From: a virus | Lineage: Duplodnaviria; Caudoviricetes | Virus record (IMG/VR): IMGVR_UViG_3300048909_000132 | Coordinates: 831-64,830 of that record | Direction: 5' to 3' (one strand) | DNA: 64,000 nucleotides | Part shown: in pieces, positions 23,278 to 31,767 of the stretch | Position numbering within the stretch: the stretch's first letter is position 1 | Layout: every line of letters starts with the position of its first letter | The notes under the pieces: generated by a model | The model's database searches: none | What the model saw: only the letters and a program-made list of their open reading frames with translations | Told to the model about the DNA's origin: nothing | Translations under genes and position numbers: made by a program

Positions 23278-23579
23278 TGGCTGACAAACAAGCGATCTGC
23301 GTCATGCTGCAGATCGAACATGAGGATCGCCGCCTCACGCCCGAGCGGATCGAAGAGGCGATGAAAACCGCCGATGGGGTCAGTGCATTGCGGCGCGTCG
23401 TCCTGCAGCATCTCCCGCGCGACGTGACGCGGCTGATCGCGGTCTTCCCGGTCGAACAGGCCAGATTGCTGATGATGCTGCACGAGGCAGTGGGCGAGGA
23501 CATCGCCGCGCATCTGGGGGTGCCCGCTGACGAAGTCGCGCCCATGCGCCCTCCCCCCGGCTACAAGCCGCCGCCGTGA
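23277..23579 (+). CDS. hypothetical protein
   Basis: TGATG coupling. Confidence 0.6.
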   Translation: MADKQAICVMLQIEHEDRRLTPERIEEAMKTADGVSALRRVVLQHLPRDVTRLIAVFPVEQARLLMMLHEAVGEDIAAHLGVPADEVAPMRPPPGYKPPP

Positions 23580-23800
23580 CCGAGGACGAGGAGTACGCCG
23601 CCGGGATCGCGCTGACCGAGGAGATCATCCGGCTGGTCGGGCCGGTCGTGAACGGCAAGCCGACCGGGGTGGTGATCGAGGCGTTCGCCGCGGCGATGAT
23701 CGGACTGCTCACCGCCAGTGAAGCCCCCGCCAGTGAGCAGCGGCTGACGCTGTGCGACTACGCCCAGCGCATCCTCGATTGGATGGAAACGATCGAATGA
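23576..23800 (+). CDS. hypothetical protein
   Basis: GTGA overlap. Confidence 0.6.
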   Translation: MTEDEEYAAGIALTEEIIRLVGPVVNGKPTGVVIEAFAAAMIGLLTASEAPASEQRLTLCDYAQRILDWMETIE

Positions 23801-23981
23801 TGGCGCGAGCCATCCACGAATCGGCCTGCGTCCTGTCAGATGGGCATGGTGCCCATCGGGACGCGGCGTCGACCCAGGCAACACTGAACCCGCGTGCCTG
23901 GGGGCGGTCGGCAGGTTCCTCCAAACCGTGGTTTCCAATGGGGGGCCTGCCGACCGAACGGGGGGAGAAGAAGGAGCTTAC

Positions 23982-24374
23982 ATGTCGCGTTGGACCCACG
24001 CCGTGTGCGATCCCTGCTGGCAAGCGAGCGAGCCGCCAGGTCAAAGCCCAGTGCGGCTGCGCGAACCACGCATCGACTATTGCGGCTGGTGTGCGCAGAG
24101 GACCGAGAGCGGCATCTACCGGCGGGCCGATCCGGCCTTGGTGCCGTTTCCTGACCGCCCTGCCGACGCGCGCTGCTACGTCGCCCAGTTCCGGCGGTTC
24201 ACGCTGCCTGGGACCGACTACGTCGACACCGGGCGGCGCCGGATCTGGCTTGACCGCATGTCGGATGCCGACGCGATCTTCGTCGCCGGCGAGTTCCGCC
24301 GCATGGAGGCAGCGGCAGCGATGCGAGCGATGAGGGCGCGCGGTACCCCAGCCCGCCGCCTGCGGCTGTCATGA
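23982..24374 (+). CDS. hypothetical protein with two CxxC motifs
   Basis: AAGGAG RBS; CDPC...CGWC. Confidence 0.55.
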   Translation: MSRWTHAVCDPCWQASEPPGQSPVRLREPRIDYCGWCAQRTESGIYRRADPALVPFPDRPADARCYVAQFRRFTLPGTDYVDTGRRRIWLDRMSDADAIFVAGEFRRMEAAAAMRAMRARGTPARRLRLS

Positions 24375-24383
24375 TGAGGTGCT

Positions 24384-24563
24384 ATGGAGGCATCATCGAC
24401 ACCTGACGACACCGCTCTCGTGGCCGAACTGCGCGCCCAGGTCCGCAACCTTGAGCACGAGAAAGCCGATCTCAGTCGGCAAGTCGCGGAATTGCGCGAG
24501 GCGGTTGCTGCGCTATTGAGGGCAGCCGCCCCCGACTTCGCCTCACAGATGAGACACGGCTGA
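24384..24563 (+). CDS. small coiled-coil protein
   Basis: GAGGT RBS; leucine heptads; not in the ORF track. Confidence 0.5.
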   Translation: MEASSTPDDTALVAELRAQVRNLEHEKADLSRQVAELREAVAALLRAAAPDFASQMRHG

Positions 24564-24723
24564 AAAGCTGCCTCACAAATTAGACCATTACGGACGAGCC
24601 AAGATAAGCCGCTGATTTCGTTTGGCTCGCAAGAAGATTGCGAAATGTCGATCTTACACTTTCGAGTTAACCGAGCGGGCTACTCTGTAAAGCCCGGTCG
24701 TCGTTATTACGAAAGGACATGAT

Positions 24724-25374
24724 ATGCGGAACATCCTGCTTGCTGCCTTGGCGATCTCCGCTCTGGCCGTGCTGCCAGCACGCGCTGGCCAGATCAGCCA
24801 GTTCGCGCAGAACGGCCTGAGCAACACGCTGATCGCCACCAACCCCACGGCGACCACCACGCACCTCGCCGCCAACGCCTCGATCAACCTCGCCGCGCTA
24901 CTGGACAACCCGCCGTCGCCATCCGCGTTCTTCCAGCTCACCGCCGACAGCGACGGCGCGGCGGTCGTGTTCGCTGGGATCATCGTGCAGCACTTCAGCG
25001 GCACGTTCTGCCTGTCCACCCTGGCCGGGTGCGGCGGCGTCGATCTGCTGTCCGGTGTGTTCACCGATGCCGCGCTCGGCAAGAGCGGCGGGCCCGGTCT
25101 GGTGATCAACGTCAACAACCCACCGGATTCGCTGGTGCTGACCTCCGACGTGATCGACCCGGCGAAGCTGATCGCGCCCAACACGTTCGATCTCAGCTTG
25201 AGCAACATCGGCGGCGGTGGCCTCACCGCAGCCAACGGCACCATCTCCGCGTTCACCGCGAGTTATACCGGCACCGTGTCGGCTGCCGACGTGGCAGAGC
25301 CGACCAGCCTGAGTGTGCTCGGGGCTGGACTGCTGGGACTGGGCTTCATGGCCAATCGTCGTCGGAAGGCCTAG
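24724..25374 (+). CDS. PEP-CTERM sorting-domain protein (AEP variant) with signal peptide
   Basis: N-terminal signal peptide (ARA-G); C-terminal VAEPTSLSVLGAGLLGLGFMANRRRKA; AAGGA RBS. Confidence 0.85.
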   Translation: MRNILLAALAISALAVLPARAGQISQFAQNGLSNTLIATNPTATTTHLAANASINLAALLDNPPSPSAFFQLTADSDGAAVVFAGIIVQHFSGTFCLSTLAGCGGVDLLSGVFTDAALGKSGGPGLVINVNNPPDSLVLTSDVIDPAKLIAPNTFDLSLSNIGGGGLTAANGTISAFTASYTGTVSAADVAEPTSLSVLGAGLLGLGFMANRRRKA

Positions 25375-25397
25375 CATTTCGTCTGTCTGAGGTTTCA

Positions 25398-25435
25398 AGG
25401 CCCGGTCCCTGCACATGCACACCGGGCCTCTTTTT
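25398..25435 (+). terminator. intrinsic terminator
   Basis: AGGCCCGGT/ACCGGGCCT stem followed by CTTTTT. Confidence 0.8.
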
Positions 25436-25590
25436 GGGGCGGCATCCGGAGATAGGCGAGCGCGGCAATGTTGCGCCGCCGCCACAGTCTCGGGCTGATG
25501 TCGCGGCGGCGTGGCCACGCCTTGTTGCCACACGGTTCCCACATGATGCAGCGTGGCAACGTGTAGGAACAGGACGTGGGAACAGAACCA

Positions 25591-25983
25591 ATGGCACATG
25601 AGTGGAAGATCCGGAGCATGGATGAGGCCGACAGCCAGGAGGCTGTCAAGGCCGCTCAACGAGGCAATGTCAACGTGGCCGTGTGGCTCGGTCGAGCGAT
25701 CCGCGCATATGTGGCCACGGAACGTGGGAACTCTGTTCCCGCGCACGATATGACCGGGCCACAGCCCGAAACCGACCAAGACAGGCTGATCGCTATGGCC
25801 GCTCTGGATGGCAAGCCGCAGTGGTTCAGTCGTCGTGTCTATCGCCTGCTTGGCGAGACGATCGGGGCAGTGCCGCCGAAGCCGCCGAAGAGACTGTCGG
25901 AGAGGCGAACCGAAATTGCCCAATTGGCTGCGCCTCAACCGGTCGAGCCCAGCGATCTCAATGAGATGGACACGGCAGCATGA
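25591..25983 (+). CDS. ribbon-helix-helix-like DNA-binding protein
   Basis: WKIRSMD...AV.AA......VAVWL.RAI N-terminus. Confidence 0.5.
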   Translation: MAHEWKIRSMDEADSQEAVKAAQRGNVNVAVWLGRAIRAYVATERGNSVPAHDMTGPQPETDQDRLIAMAALDGKPQWFSRRVYRLLGETIGAVPPKPPKRLSERRTEIAQLAAPQPVEPSDLNEMDTAA

Positions 25984-26243
25984 GCATCGTCTGGCAGCAG
26001 GAATTCACCGTGCCGCCGGATGACAGCGGGGGTGTCTGCGGCGTCAAGTTTGAGGACAGCGGGCACGCCGCGATCATGTACCACTCGACGGAAGACCTAC
26101 GGGACGAGGCTCAACCGACGCCCTATGACCCGGCCTTCTTTGTCAGGCTGCACAGTTGGGAGGAGGAGGAGCCGCTCAACCACACGCTGTTCCGCAGCCT
26201 GATGGGCAAGCGGGTGCGCGTGACGATCGAGATGCTGGAGTAG
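25980..26243 (+). CDS. hypothetical protein
   Basis: ATGA overlap. Confidence 0.6.
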   Translation: MSIVWQQEFTVPPDDSGGVCGVKFEDSGHAAIMYHSTEDLRDEAQPTPYDPAFFVRLHSWEEEEPLNHTLFRSLMGKRVRVTIEMLE

Positions 26244-26278
26244 GGCTCGTCCCGCCAACAGAGAATTCCATCTCGCCA

Positions 26279-26442
26279 AATCGGCTGCATATACGTCACA
26301 GTGGTGGGTGCAGCCCGATTCGCGGGCGCAGGAGTGCCGTAACCCTATGACCTAAAAAGCCGAAAGCCGCCCCCGAAGGGACGGCCTTGCTAGCTGGTTT
26401 GTTCGGTGATCTGACAGTCCCGAACATCCAACAAGCAAGGCC
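26279..26442 (+). promoter_or_regulatory. structured leader upstream of the rep-like gene
   Basis: Stems AATCGGCTGCA/TGCAGCCCGATT, GGCCTTGCT/AGCAAGGCC, TGTTCGG/CCGAACA and a competing GCCG/CGGC hairpin. Confidence 0.5.
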
Positions 26443-26513
26443 AAAAATCAAGCCTCACTTTGGCTGCTGGAGAACTGTGTCCTGACGGCTGGCTTCGGCA
26501 TCGGAGGAAACCG

Positions 26514-27104
26514 ATGAAAAAGCCACGCATTCACCGCCGACCAAGCTCCAGCCGTTGCAAACCGTTCCACCGCGGCTCGCAGTTCGGGCCAGGGCGACGC
26601 CGTCCCATGGATCGCAACCTCAAATCGCGGTGGCGGTACATCGTCCACGTCCACGTCAGAGCGGGCAGGATCGGTCCCAAGGGCGCCTGGGCGCTGGAGG
26701 TGCTACCGGACTATCTGGCCAGCGATGGGCGCTGTGACCCGTCCCACGCCCGTCTGGCGGCTGATGCTGGCATCGGGGAGCGAACGGTCGAGCGGGCGCT
26801 GGCGGATGCTCGAGCGCTCGGCCTGCTGGATTGGGATCGCCGGATCGTCCGGAACGGGTGGCGGGCAGAGCAGACGTCAAACGCCTACGTGCTGATCGTG
26901 CCGGGAGAGGACGGAGGGCCACCGCCGACGCCACCCGCACCCCCTCCTATCAAGAGCTTATATCTTCAATCTTCTATCACCGCCGCCGTGACGGTCGCAG
27001 CGCTGCCGGTGACGGACCCTGTCGCGCGGGCGGCTCGAGTCGCGGCGAAGATTGCCGAGGAAAAGGCGCTGCGGCGGGCGCGCATGGGAGCGACTCGAGT
27101 CTGA
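26514..27104 (+). CDS. plasmid-type HTH replication protein (RepA/HTH_36-like)
   Basis: GGAGG RBS; DG.CDPSH..LA..AG..ERTV.RAL....LGLL.W.RR....W...QTSNAY. Confidence 0.7.
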   Translation: MKKPRIHRRPSSSRCKPFHRGSQFGPGRRRPMDRNLKSRWRYIVHVHVRAGRIGPKGAWALEVLPDYLASDGRCDPSHARLAADAGIGERTVERALADARALGLLDWDRRIVRNGWRAEQTSNAYVLIVPGEDGGPPPTPPAPPPIKSLYLQSSITAAVTVAALPVTDPVARAARVAAKIAEEKALRRARMGATRV

Positions 27105-27224
27105 TTCTCCCGTTCTCCGTTCGTTTCACGGGAAACGCGTGGCAGCGCTGCTGTCGTTTGTTGTGGGGAGAGGCATACCGGAGGTTGTGGCGAAATCCCG
27201 TGCTGCACAAAATTCTGGGTTGTG

Positions 27225-27253
27225 TGGAAAGGAACGTGCCGTGCCTCTATAGT
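27225..27253 (+). promoter_or_regulatory. promoter with degenerate repressor operator
   Basis: TGGAAA-N17-TATAGT; GGAAC-GTGCC-GTGCC at 27231-27245. Confidence 0.45.
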
Positions 27254-27277
27254 TTCGGCGCGGGGAGGGGGTTCTGG

Positions 27278-27370
27278 ATGAGCGTCTGGTATTGCTCGGC
27301 CTGCAACATCGCCTGGGCGTCGGTGCCCTACTGTCCGCGCTGCGGTCGCTGCGGGATCCGCCAGCCATGA
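27278..27370 (+). CDS. 30-aa zinc-ribbon peptide
   Basis: GGAGG RBS; CSAC...CPRCG. Confidence 0.5.
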   Translation: MSVWYCSACNIAWASVPYCPRCGRCGIRQP

Positions 27371-27525
27371 GCGACACCGAGCCTCGCGAACGCCCGCCGC
27401 GTGCCGAGCCGGATTGCGATCCCGCCTTTGTCGCGCTCAACCGCGAGATGGAGGCCAAGTTCCTGCGTGGCGAGATCACCTTCAGCTCGTTCGACTGGCA
27501 CTTACGAAGCATCTGCGGGGTGTAA
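27367..27525 (+). CDS. hypothetical protein
   Basis: ATGA overlap. Confidence 0.5.
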   Translation: MSDTEPRERPPRAEPDCDPAFVALNREMEAKFLRGEITFSSFDWHLRSICGV

Positions 27526-27529
27526 TGCG

Positions 27530-27700
27530 ATGAACGACCGCGAGATGGCTCTGCACGAGGCTGGCAACGCCGCTGCGGACTGCGTGCAGCGCCTGGAGCG
27601 CGTCAAAGGGTGGTTGGACGACCTGACGCCCGAGGAGGCCCAGGCGTGGTTCAAGGCGCGTCAGGCGTGCGACTTCCTCTATGTGGCGGTCAACAAGTGA
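27530..27700 (+). CDS. hypothetical protein
   Basis: Operon position. Confidence 0.55.
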   Translation: MNDREMALHEAGNAAADCVQRLERVKGWLDDLTPEEAQAWFKARQACDFLYVAVNK

Positions 27701-28128
27701 CCATCCTCAACCGCCACACCGAGGTGCCGATCGAGCGCACGGCGGGCCAGATCCAGGCGCGGCTGGTGCGCGCCAGGGCGCAGGCGGTGATGATGGAATA
27801 CGAAGCCGGGGTGCTGACGCATCTGGCGTTCCGGATCGAGACGCCGCACGGCCTGATCGCCTATCGGCTGCCAGCGAACATCGACGGCGTGCATGCCATG
27901 CTGACGCGGGACACCAAGCTGTCGCGGGCGCAGCGCTCGCGGGAGGCGGCGGCACGGGTGGCGTGGCGCGTGCTGCGGTCGTGGATCGAGGCGCAGCTCG
28001 CCGTGATCGATGCAGGGCAGGCGACGCTGCCCCAGGTGTTCCTGCCCTATGCCCAGTTGCCGAGCGGCGAGACGCTGTACGAGCGGTTCGCGGAAAAGGG
28101 ATTGCCGATGCTGACCCACGATGCCTGA
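27697..28128 (+). CDS. conserved phage protein
   Basis: A.RVAWR.LR.WIEAQLA......QVFLPY.....GETLYE motif. Confidence 0.75.
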   Translation: MTILNRHTEVPIERTAGQIQARLVRARAQAVMMEYEAGVLTHLAFRIETPHGLIAYRLPANIDGVHAMLTRDTKLSRAQRSREAAARVAWRVLRSWIEAQLAVIDAGQATLPQVFLPYAQLPSGETLYERFAEKGLPMLTHDA

Positions 28129-28282
28129 CGGAATGGGACCGGCGGGGCTGCCGGAATTTGCGTCGTCGCCGGCGCCAAGCCTGGAGCGACGCTGGGTGCG
28201 GATCTGCGCCGCTTGGTATGTGTGCGGCCTCGCGACCGGGCTCGTTGCCGCGGCTTGGCTGATCAGGTGGGGGATCTGGTGA
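28121..28282 (+). CDS. small membrane protein
   Basis: Hydrophobic C-terminal half; couples to both neighbours. Confidence 0.4.
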   Translation: MPDGMGPAGLPEFASSPAPSLERRWVRICAAWYVCGLATGLVAAAWLIRWGIW

Positions 28283-28599
28283 GCGCGAGGGTCTGGGTTG
28301 CGCAATGCCTGTGTCCGGATCGGCATTGCATCCTGGCGGCGACCGGCGTGGCCGACAGCGCGGAGGCAGCCAGCGCAGATATCGCGTGGCCTTTGCGGGA
28401 GGCGGTCGAGAAGGCGTTGCAGGCTGCCCTGCTGAACCCGTGGTGCGGGCTCTGCCACGCGCCGCCGCACGAGTGGCGCTACGAGGTCGGGCGCACGCGG
28501 TTCAGCACGCTGGAGGAGGCGGCGCCCCTGTTGCAGCGGCTTGAGGCCGAGCAGGCGGCTACCAGGGCGGCGTTCGGTGATCTGCCGAGGAGCGATTGA
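28279..28599 (+). CDS. hypothetical protein with Cys motifs
   Basis: QCLCP.RHCI, NPWCGLC. Confidence 0.6.
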   Translation: MSARVWVAQCLCPDRHCILAATGVADSAEAASADIAWPLREAVEKALQAALLNPWCGLCHAPPHEWRYEVGRTRFSTLEEAAPLLQRLEAEQAATRAAFGDLPRSD

Positions 28600-28863
28600 T
28601 TGGACGACGCACCTGGCTTCTGGATGCACGAGACTTCGGGGGTGCTGCGGCCTGCGGTCGAGGCCTACCTGCATGGCGCGGAGATGACGCCCAGGCAGAT
28701 CGCGGCCATGCGCGCGTATCTGCGGCAATGGATCAACGCACCCGGCTGGAGGGGGCCGATGATCGACCCACTGCGGACGCGCGTCGAGGAGATCGTCACC
28801 CGGCGAGACATTCACGACTGGTTGGAACTGGCGTTCGAAACCAGCGGCATCGATCCGCTATGA
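28600..28863 (+). CDS. hypothetical protein ending SGIDPL
   Basis: FWMHETSGVLRPAVEAYL motif; TTG start. Confidence 0.65.
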   Translation: MDDAPGFWMHETSGVLRPAVEAYLHGAEMTPRQIAAMRAYLRQWINAPGWRGPMIDPLRTRVEEIVTRRDIHDWLELAFETSGIDPL

Positions 28864-29104
28864 GAGACACCATCTCGATTTCAGCGATTACAGCCGCAGC
28901 CTTAAGCACGATCGGGATTGGCGACTTCTACACGGTCAACACGCCGGAACGCATGGCGTGGGCCGTGCTGATCTTGCGGGAGTTGCCGGATCGCCCCGAG
29001 TGGTTTGCCGCCGGTCAATGGGCAACGATTCAGCACATCGAGAGGCAGCTTGCCGCCTCCGCTCGGCTGACTGCCGAGGCGCTCGCCAGCGGCATCGATC
29101 CGCT
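28841..29104. repeat. 19-bp direct repeat CCAGCGGCATCGATCCGCT
   Basis: Copies at 28841-28859 and 29086-29104 flank gene 28860-29108. Confidence 0.85.
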
Positions 29105-29108
29105 GTGA
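28860..29108 (+). CDS. hypothetical protein ending SGIDPL
   Basis: ATGA overlap; more AT-rich codons than neighbours. Confidence 0.55.
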   Translation: MRDTISISAITAAALSTIGIGDFYTVNTPERMAWAVLILRELPDRPEWFAAGQWATIQHIERQLAASARLTAEALASGIDPL

Positions 29109-29311
29109 AGATCGAGTTCGTCACCACCGAGCAGGCCGAGGAGGCCGACGTGATGGTGTGCATGCCGTGGACGAACCCGCCTATCTTGCCAGATAACCTG
29201 CGGGCCAAGTGCGGGGTGTGCGGCCATATCGTCCAGCATCGTCCGACTGCGCCCAGGAGGCCGATGAAGGTGTGCGTGGACTGCGCGCCATCGGTCATTC
29301 GGAAACAATGA
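29105..29311 (+). CDS. zinc-finger protein
   Basis: CGVCG...CVDC. Confidence 0.6.
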   Translation: MKIEFVTTEQAEEADVMVCMPWTNPPILPDNLRAKCGVCGHIVQHRPTAPRRPMKVCVDCAPSVIRKQ

Positions 29312-29613
29312 GCGAGACGGTGCAATTCTGCCCGAGGTGCGGGGCCAGGACGTGGCACGTCGGCGGTGTGTGCGAATGGTCTGACGGGCATCGCTGGCGC
29401 AAGGACGACCGCGTGATGATCGCCATCGGCGCTGACCGCACGCCTGGAGTGGTGATCTTCGCGTCGGGCAACGGCAAGTCGCTGATGCTCCAGTTTGAGG
29501 CGATCCTGCACGGTCACGTCGGGATGATGCCGGTGCTGCAGGATGACGACGGCAGCTTCTGCTCCATCGTCACCGGAGAGGTCGTCGAGCTGACGGAAGG
29601 GGAGGGGAGGTGA
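29308..29613 (+). CDS. hypothetical protein
   Basis: CPRCG N-terminus; ATGA overlap. Confidence 0.6.
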   Translation: MSETVQFCPRCGARTWHVGGVCEWSDGHRWRKDDRVMIAIGADRTPGVVIFASGNGKSLMLQFEAILHGHVGMMPVLQDDDGSFCSIVTGEVVELTEGEGR

Positions 29614-29891
29614 TCGAGCCAACCCTGGCCGACATCGGTCGCAAGGTCATCTACCGCGACCTGGGCCTGCGGAAGATCGAGGAGGGCACCATCTCGTCGA
29701 TCAGTGCCGCCTACGTGTTCGTCCGCTACGGCAGCGGCAGCACGGCAGCGGCAACGCGGCGGCAGGATCTGGAGTGGTCGCACCGCTTGCCGAGCGAGAC
29801 AGCGATCAGCACCACCATCAGCCGCGGCAGAGTGATCGCGATCGACTTCTGCGAGCCGCCTCGATCGCCCCTGGATGAGCCATGCGACTGA
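29610..29891 (+). CDS. conserved phage protein
   Basis: DIGRKVIY...EEG.ISS....VFVRY motif. Confidence 0.6.
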   Translation: MIEPTLADIGRKVIYRDLGLRKIEEGTISSISAAYVFVRYGSGSTAAATRRQDLEWSHRLPSETAISTTISRGRVIAIDFCEPPRSPLDEPCD

Positions 29892-30382
29892 TCCACTTCA
29901 GCAACGCCCCGGTGCAGCTCGACACGCTGATCGCGCGCGGCCAGGACGAGAACGGCAGCTTCAAGCCAACGGGCCTGTGGGTGTCCGACGAGGACGACTT
30001 CGGCTGGCGCGAGTGGTGCATCGCTGAGAATTTCCATCTCGATCTGCTGACCCACGTCCACGAAGTCACGCTGTCCAACACTGCCGAGATCAAGTTCCTT
30101 CGCACGCCCGAGGAGATCATTGCGTTCGGGCACGAGTTCGCCATGACAGATGGTCCAGGCGCCCGGTTGAACGCGTTGGGCACGATCTACGCGATCAACT
30201 GGGTTCGCGTGATCCAACGCTGGGGCGGCATCGTGATCACGCCATACCAATGGTCGATCCGCCTCAATCAGGAGAACATGTGGTACTACGGGTGGGATTG
30301 CGCGTCGGGCTGCATCTGGGAGCCGACCGCGATCGGCTCGATCATCCTGCGTGAGGTGGTCGAGCCGCCAGTCGCGACGTAG
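29882..30382 (+). CDS. conserved phage protein, possible ADP-ribosyltransferase-like fold
   Basis: H..KP.GLWVS..W.EWC..INW..V..GGI..W.YGWDC.SGCIW. Confidence 0.6.
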   Translation: MRLIHFSNAPVQLDTLIARGQDENGSFKPTGLWVSDEDDFGWREWCIAENFHLDLLTHVHEVTLSNTAEIKFLRTPEEIIAFGHEFAMTDGPGARLNALGTIYAINWVRVIQRWGGIVITPYQWSIRLNQENMWYYGWDCASGCIWEPTAIGSIILREVVEPPVAT

Positions 30383-30400
30383 GCGCGGACCCGCGACACT

Positions 30401-30628
30401 CTACACGGTCTTCGGCGCATGGTCAGTGCAGTAATCGCGCGTGACCGCCTTTGTCTTGAGAGATCCGGCGGCGCGCACGGCGCTGACGACGAAGACGTTC
30501 GCCGCCTCGCCGCACTGGCAGCACCGATGGCGTCCGTGGAAGTCGGCGAGCGCGGCAGCGTGCTTCGCCTCGGCTGCGGCCCTGCGTGCGTCGCGGCGCG
30601 CCCAGTTCACGCGATACGGTCGCGTCAC
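30401..30628 (-). CDS. hypothetical zinc-finger protein
   Basis: CCQCG...YC..H; GTGA overlap. Confidence 0.5.
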   Translation of the reverse strand: MTRPYRVNWARRDARRAAAEAKHAAALADFHGRHRCCQCGEAANVFVVSAVRAAGSLKTKAVTRDYCTDHAPKTV

Positions 30629-30969
30629 AGGTCCGTTCGCTCGAATCGGGTGTTGCCGGTCACCGGATCTTTCCAGACCGGGCGCAGCATCCCGCAGCAC
30701 ACCGAGCCAAGGATCCTCGACAGCGGATCGAGGCGGGACATCAGCTCCAGATCCATGCCGTAGATCAGGCGCCTGATGTAGTCCCGCACCTCGGGGATCT
30801 CCCACAGCTCGCGCGGATCAGCGTCGAACCCGTCGAGCGCGAGGTGAATATCGCCGGTCGTGCCGGTGCGCACCGTGGTGTTGAGGTGCTGCAGGACGCT
30901 CGCCAGCGTGCTGTCCGACAGGTCATCCTTCCCGCCGACCACGCAGAACACTGCATCGAAGTCGCGCAT
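30625..30969 (-). CDS. hypothetical protein (DUF1817/CRR6-like motif)
   Basis: DGFDADPRELWEIPEVR. Confidence 0.55.
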   Translation of the reverse strand: MRDFDAVFCVVGGKDDLSDSTLASVLQHLNTTVRTGTTGDIHLALDGFDADPRELWEIPEVRDYIRRLIYGMDLELMSRLDPLSRILGSVCCGMLRPVWKDPVTGNTRFERTDL

Positions 30970-31259
30970 CAGGCCCGCCCTCCGCGCGTTGCCAGATCGG
31001 GGATGCCAGCCCTGGACCGCACCATCTGGATGGTCGTGATTTCCCGCCGGAACGCTGGCTCGAGCATGGCAAGGTCAGCCGGGGTCACCGCTCGCCACAG
31101 CCTCCGGTCGTCGAGCATGTAGAGCGCGCCGCAGTTCAAGCAGATGGAGACGTCGCCCTGCGCCGGGACGGCGTTCTCACCCAGCGCCGACGCGGCGTCC
31201 ATGACGTAGCCGCACCGGCTGCACATCCACGGCTTGAAGAACGTGGTGGCATCAGGCAT
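30969..31259 (-). CDS. zinc-ribbon protein
   Basis: CSRCG...CLNCG. Confidence 0.6.
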   Translation of the reverse strand: MPDATTFFKPWMCSRCGYVMDAASALGENAVPAQGDVSICLNCGALYMLDDRRLWRAVTPADLAMLEPAFRREITTIQMVRSRAGIPDLATRGGRA

Positions 31260-31392
31260 CCGTCAAAATGTAGATCCCCGCGCGCCGCCAGCACAATCCG
31301 TTCCCACCAGGGCAGCAGTCGCCCGCGCTTGGTGTTCGTCTGGACCAAGCGCGGTGCCGCCCTCCGACCTCACCCCGCCGGGATCTCGGTCG

Positions 31393-31767
31393 TCAGCTCT
31401 CCACCGCCTCGACCACGCAGAAGCGGTCGCCGTCGTCGCACGCGGGGCCAGCACCAGCCTTGAAGCGGATGATCCTCTCCGCGACCGGGTGAAGCACCCA
31501 CTGGTCGATCACGCGCAACCCGTCGTCGAGCTGCTCCAGCAGGATCGCGATATGCGAGGAGCCATCGGTCTTGTTGTCGTAGCGTCCCTCGCTGTTGAAC
31601 GTCGCAATCACGGTCCCTGGCGGCAGATCGGCACCGCGCGCCCTGATGCCCTGGCGCAATTTGGATGAGTGCGGCACGCCAGGATCGACCAGCTGCACGA
31701 GTGCCATGCATTGACCAGATCCGACGACCTTGCCGAGATAGCGATGAGTGTCTGTGGCGATGAACAT
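31393..31767 (-). CDS. putative endolysin, Tae2/BPSL0067-family Cys-His amidase
   Basis: VGSGQCMALVQ, GT.IATF...GRY, SHIAI, DQW; GGAGGG RBS; end of the tail operon. Confidence 0.75.
   Translation of the reverse strand: MFIATDTHRYLGKVVGSGQCMALVQLVDPGVPHSSKLRQGIRARGADLPPGTVIATFNSEGRYDNKTDGSSHIAILLEQLDDGLRVIDQWVLHPVAERIIRFKAGAGPACDDGDRFCVVEAVES

Noticed and set aside
24623-24642. sigma54 promoter for the PEP-CTERM gene (TGGCTC...TTGC)
   Set aside because: GG-to-GC spacing is 14 nt rather than the required 10.
24654-25256. - strand 200-aa ORF opposite the PEP-CTERM gene
   Set aside because: Antisense shadow; the + strand has the RBS, signal peptide, sorting motif and terminator.
25727-25739. 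GGAAC-TCT-GTTCC as another repressor operator
   Set aside because: Spacer is 3 nt, not 5, and it lies inside a CDS.
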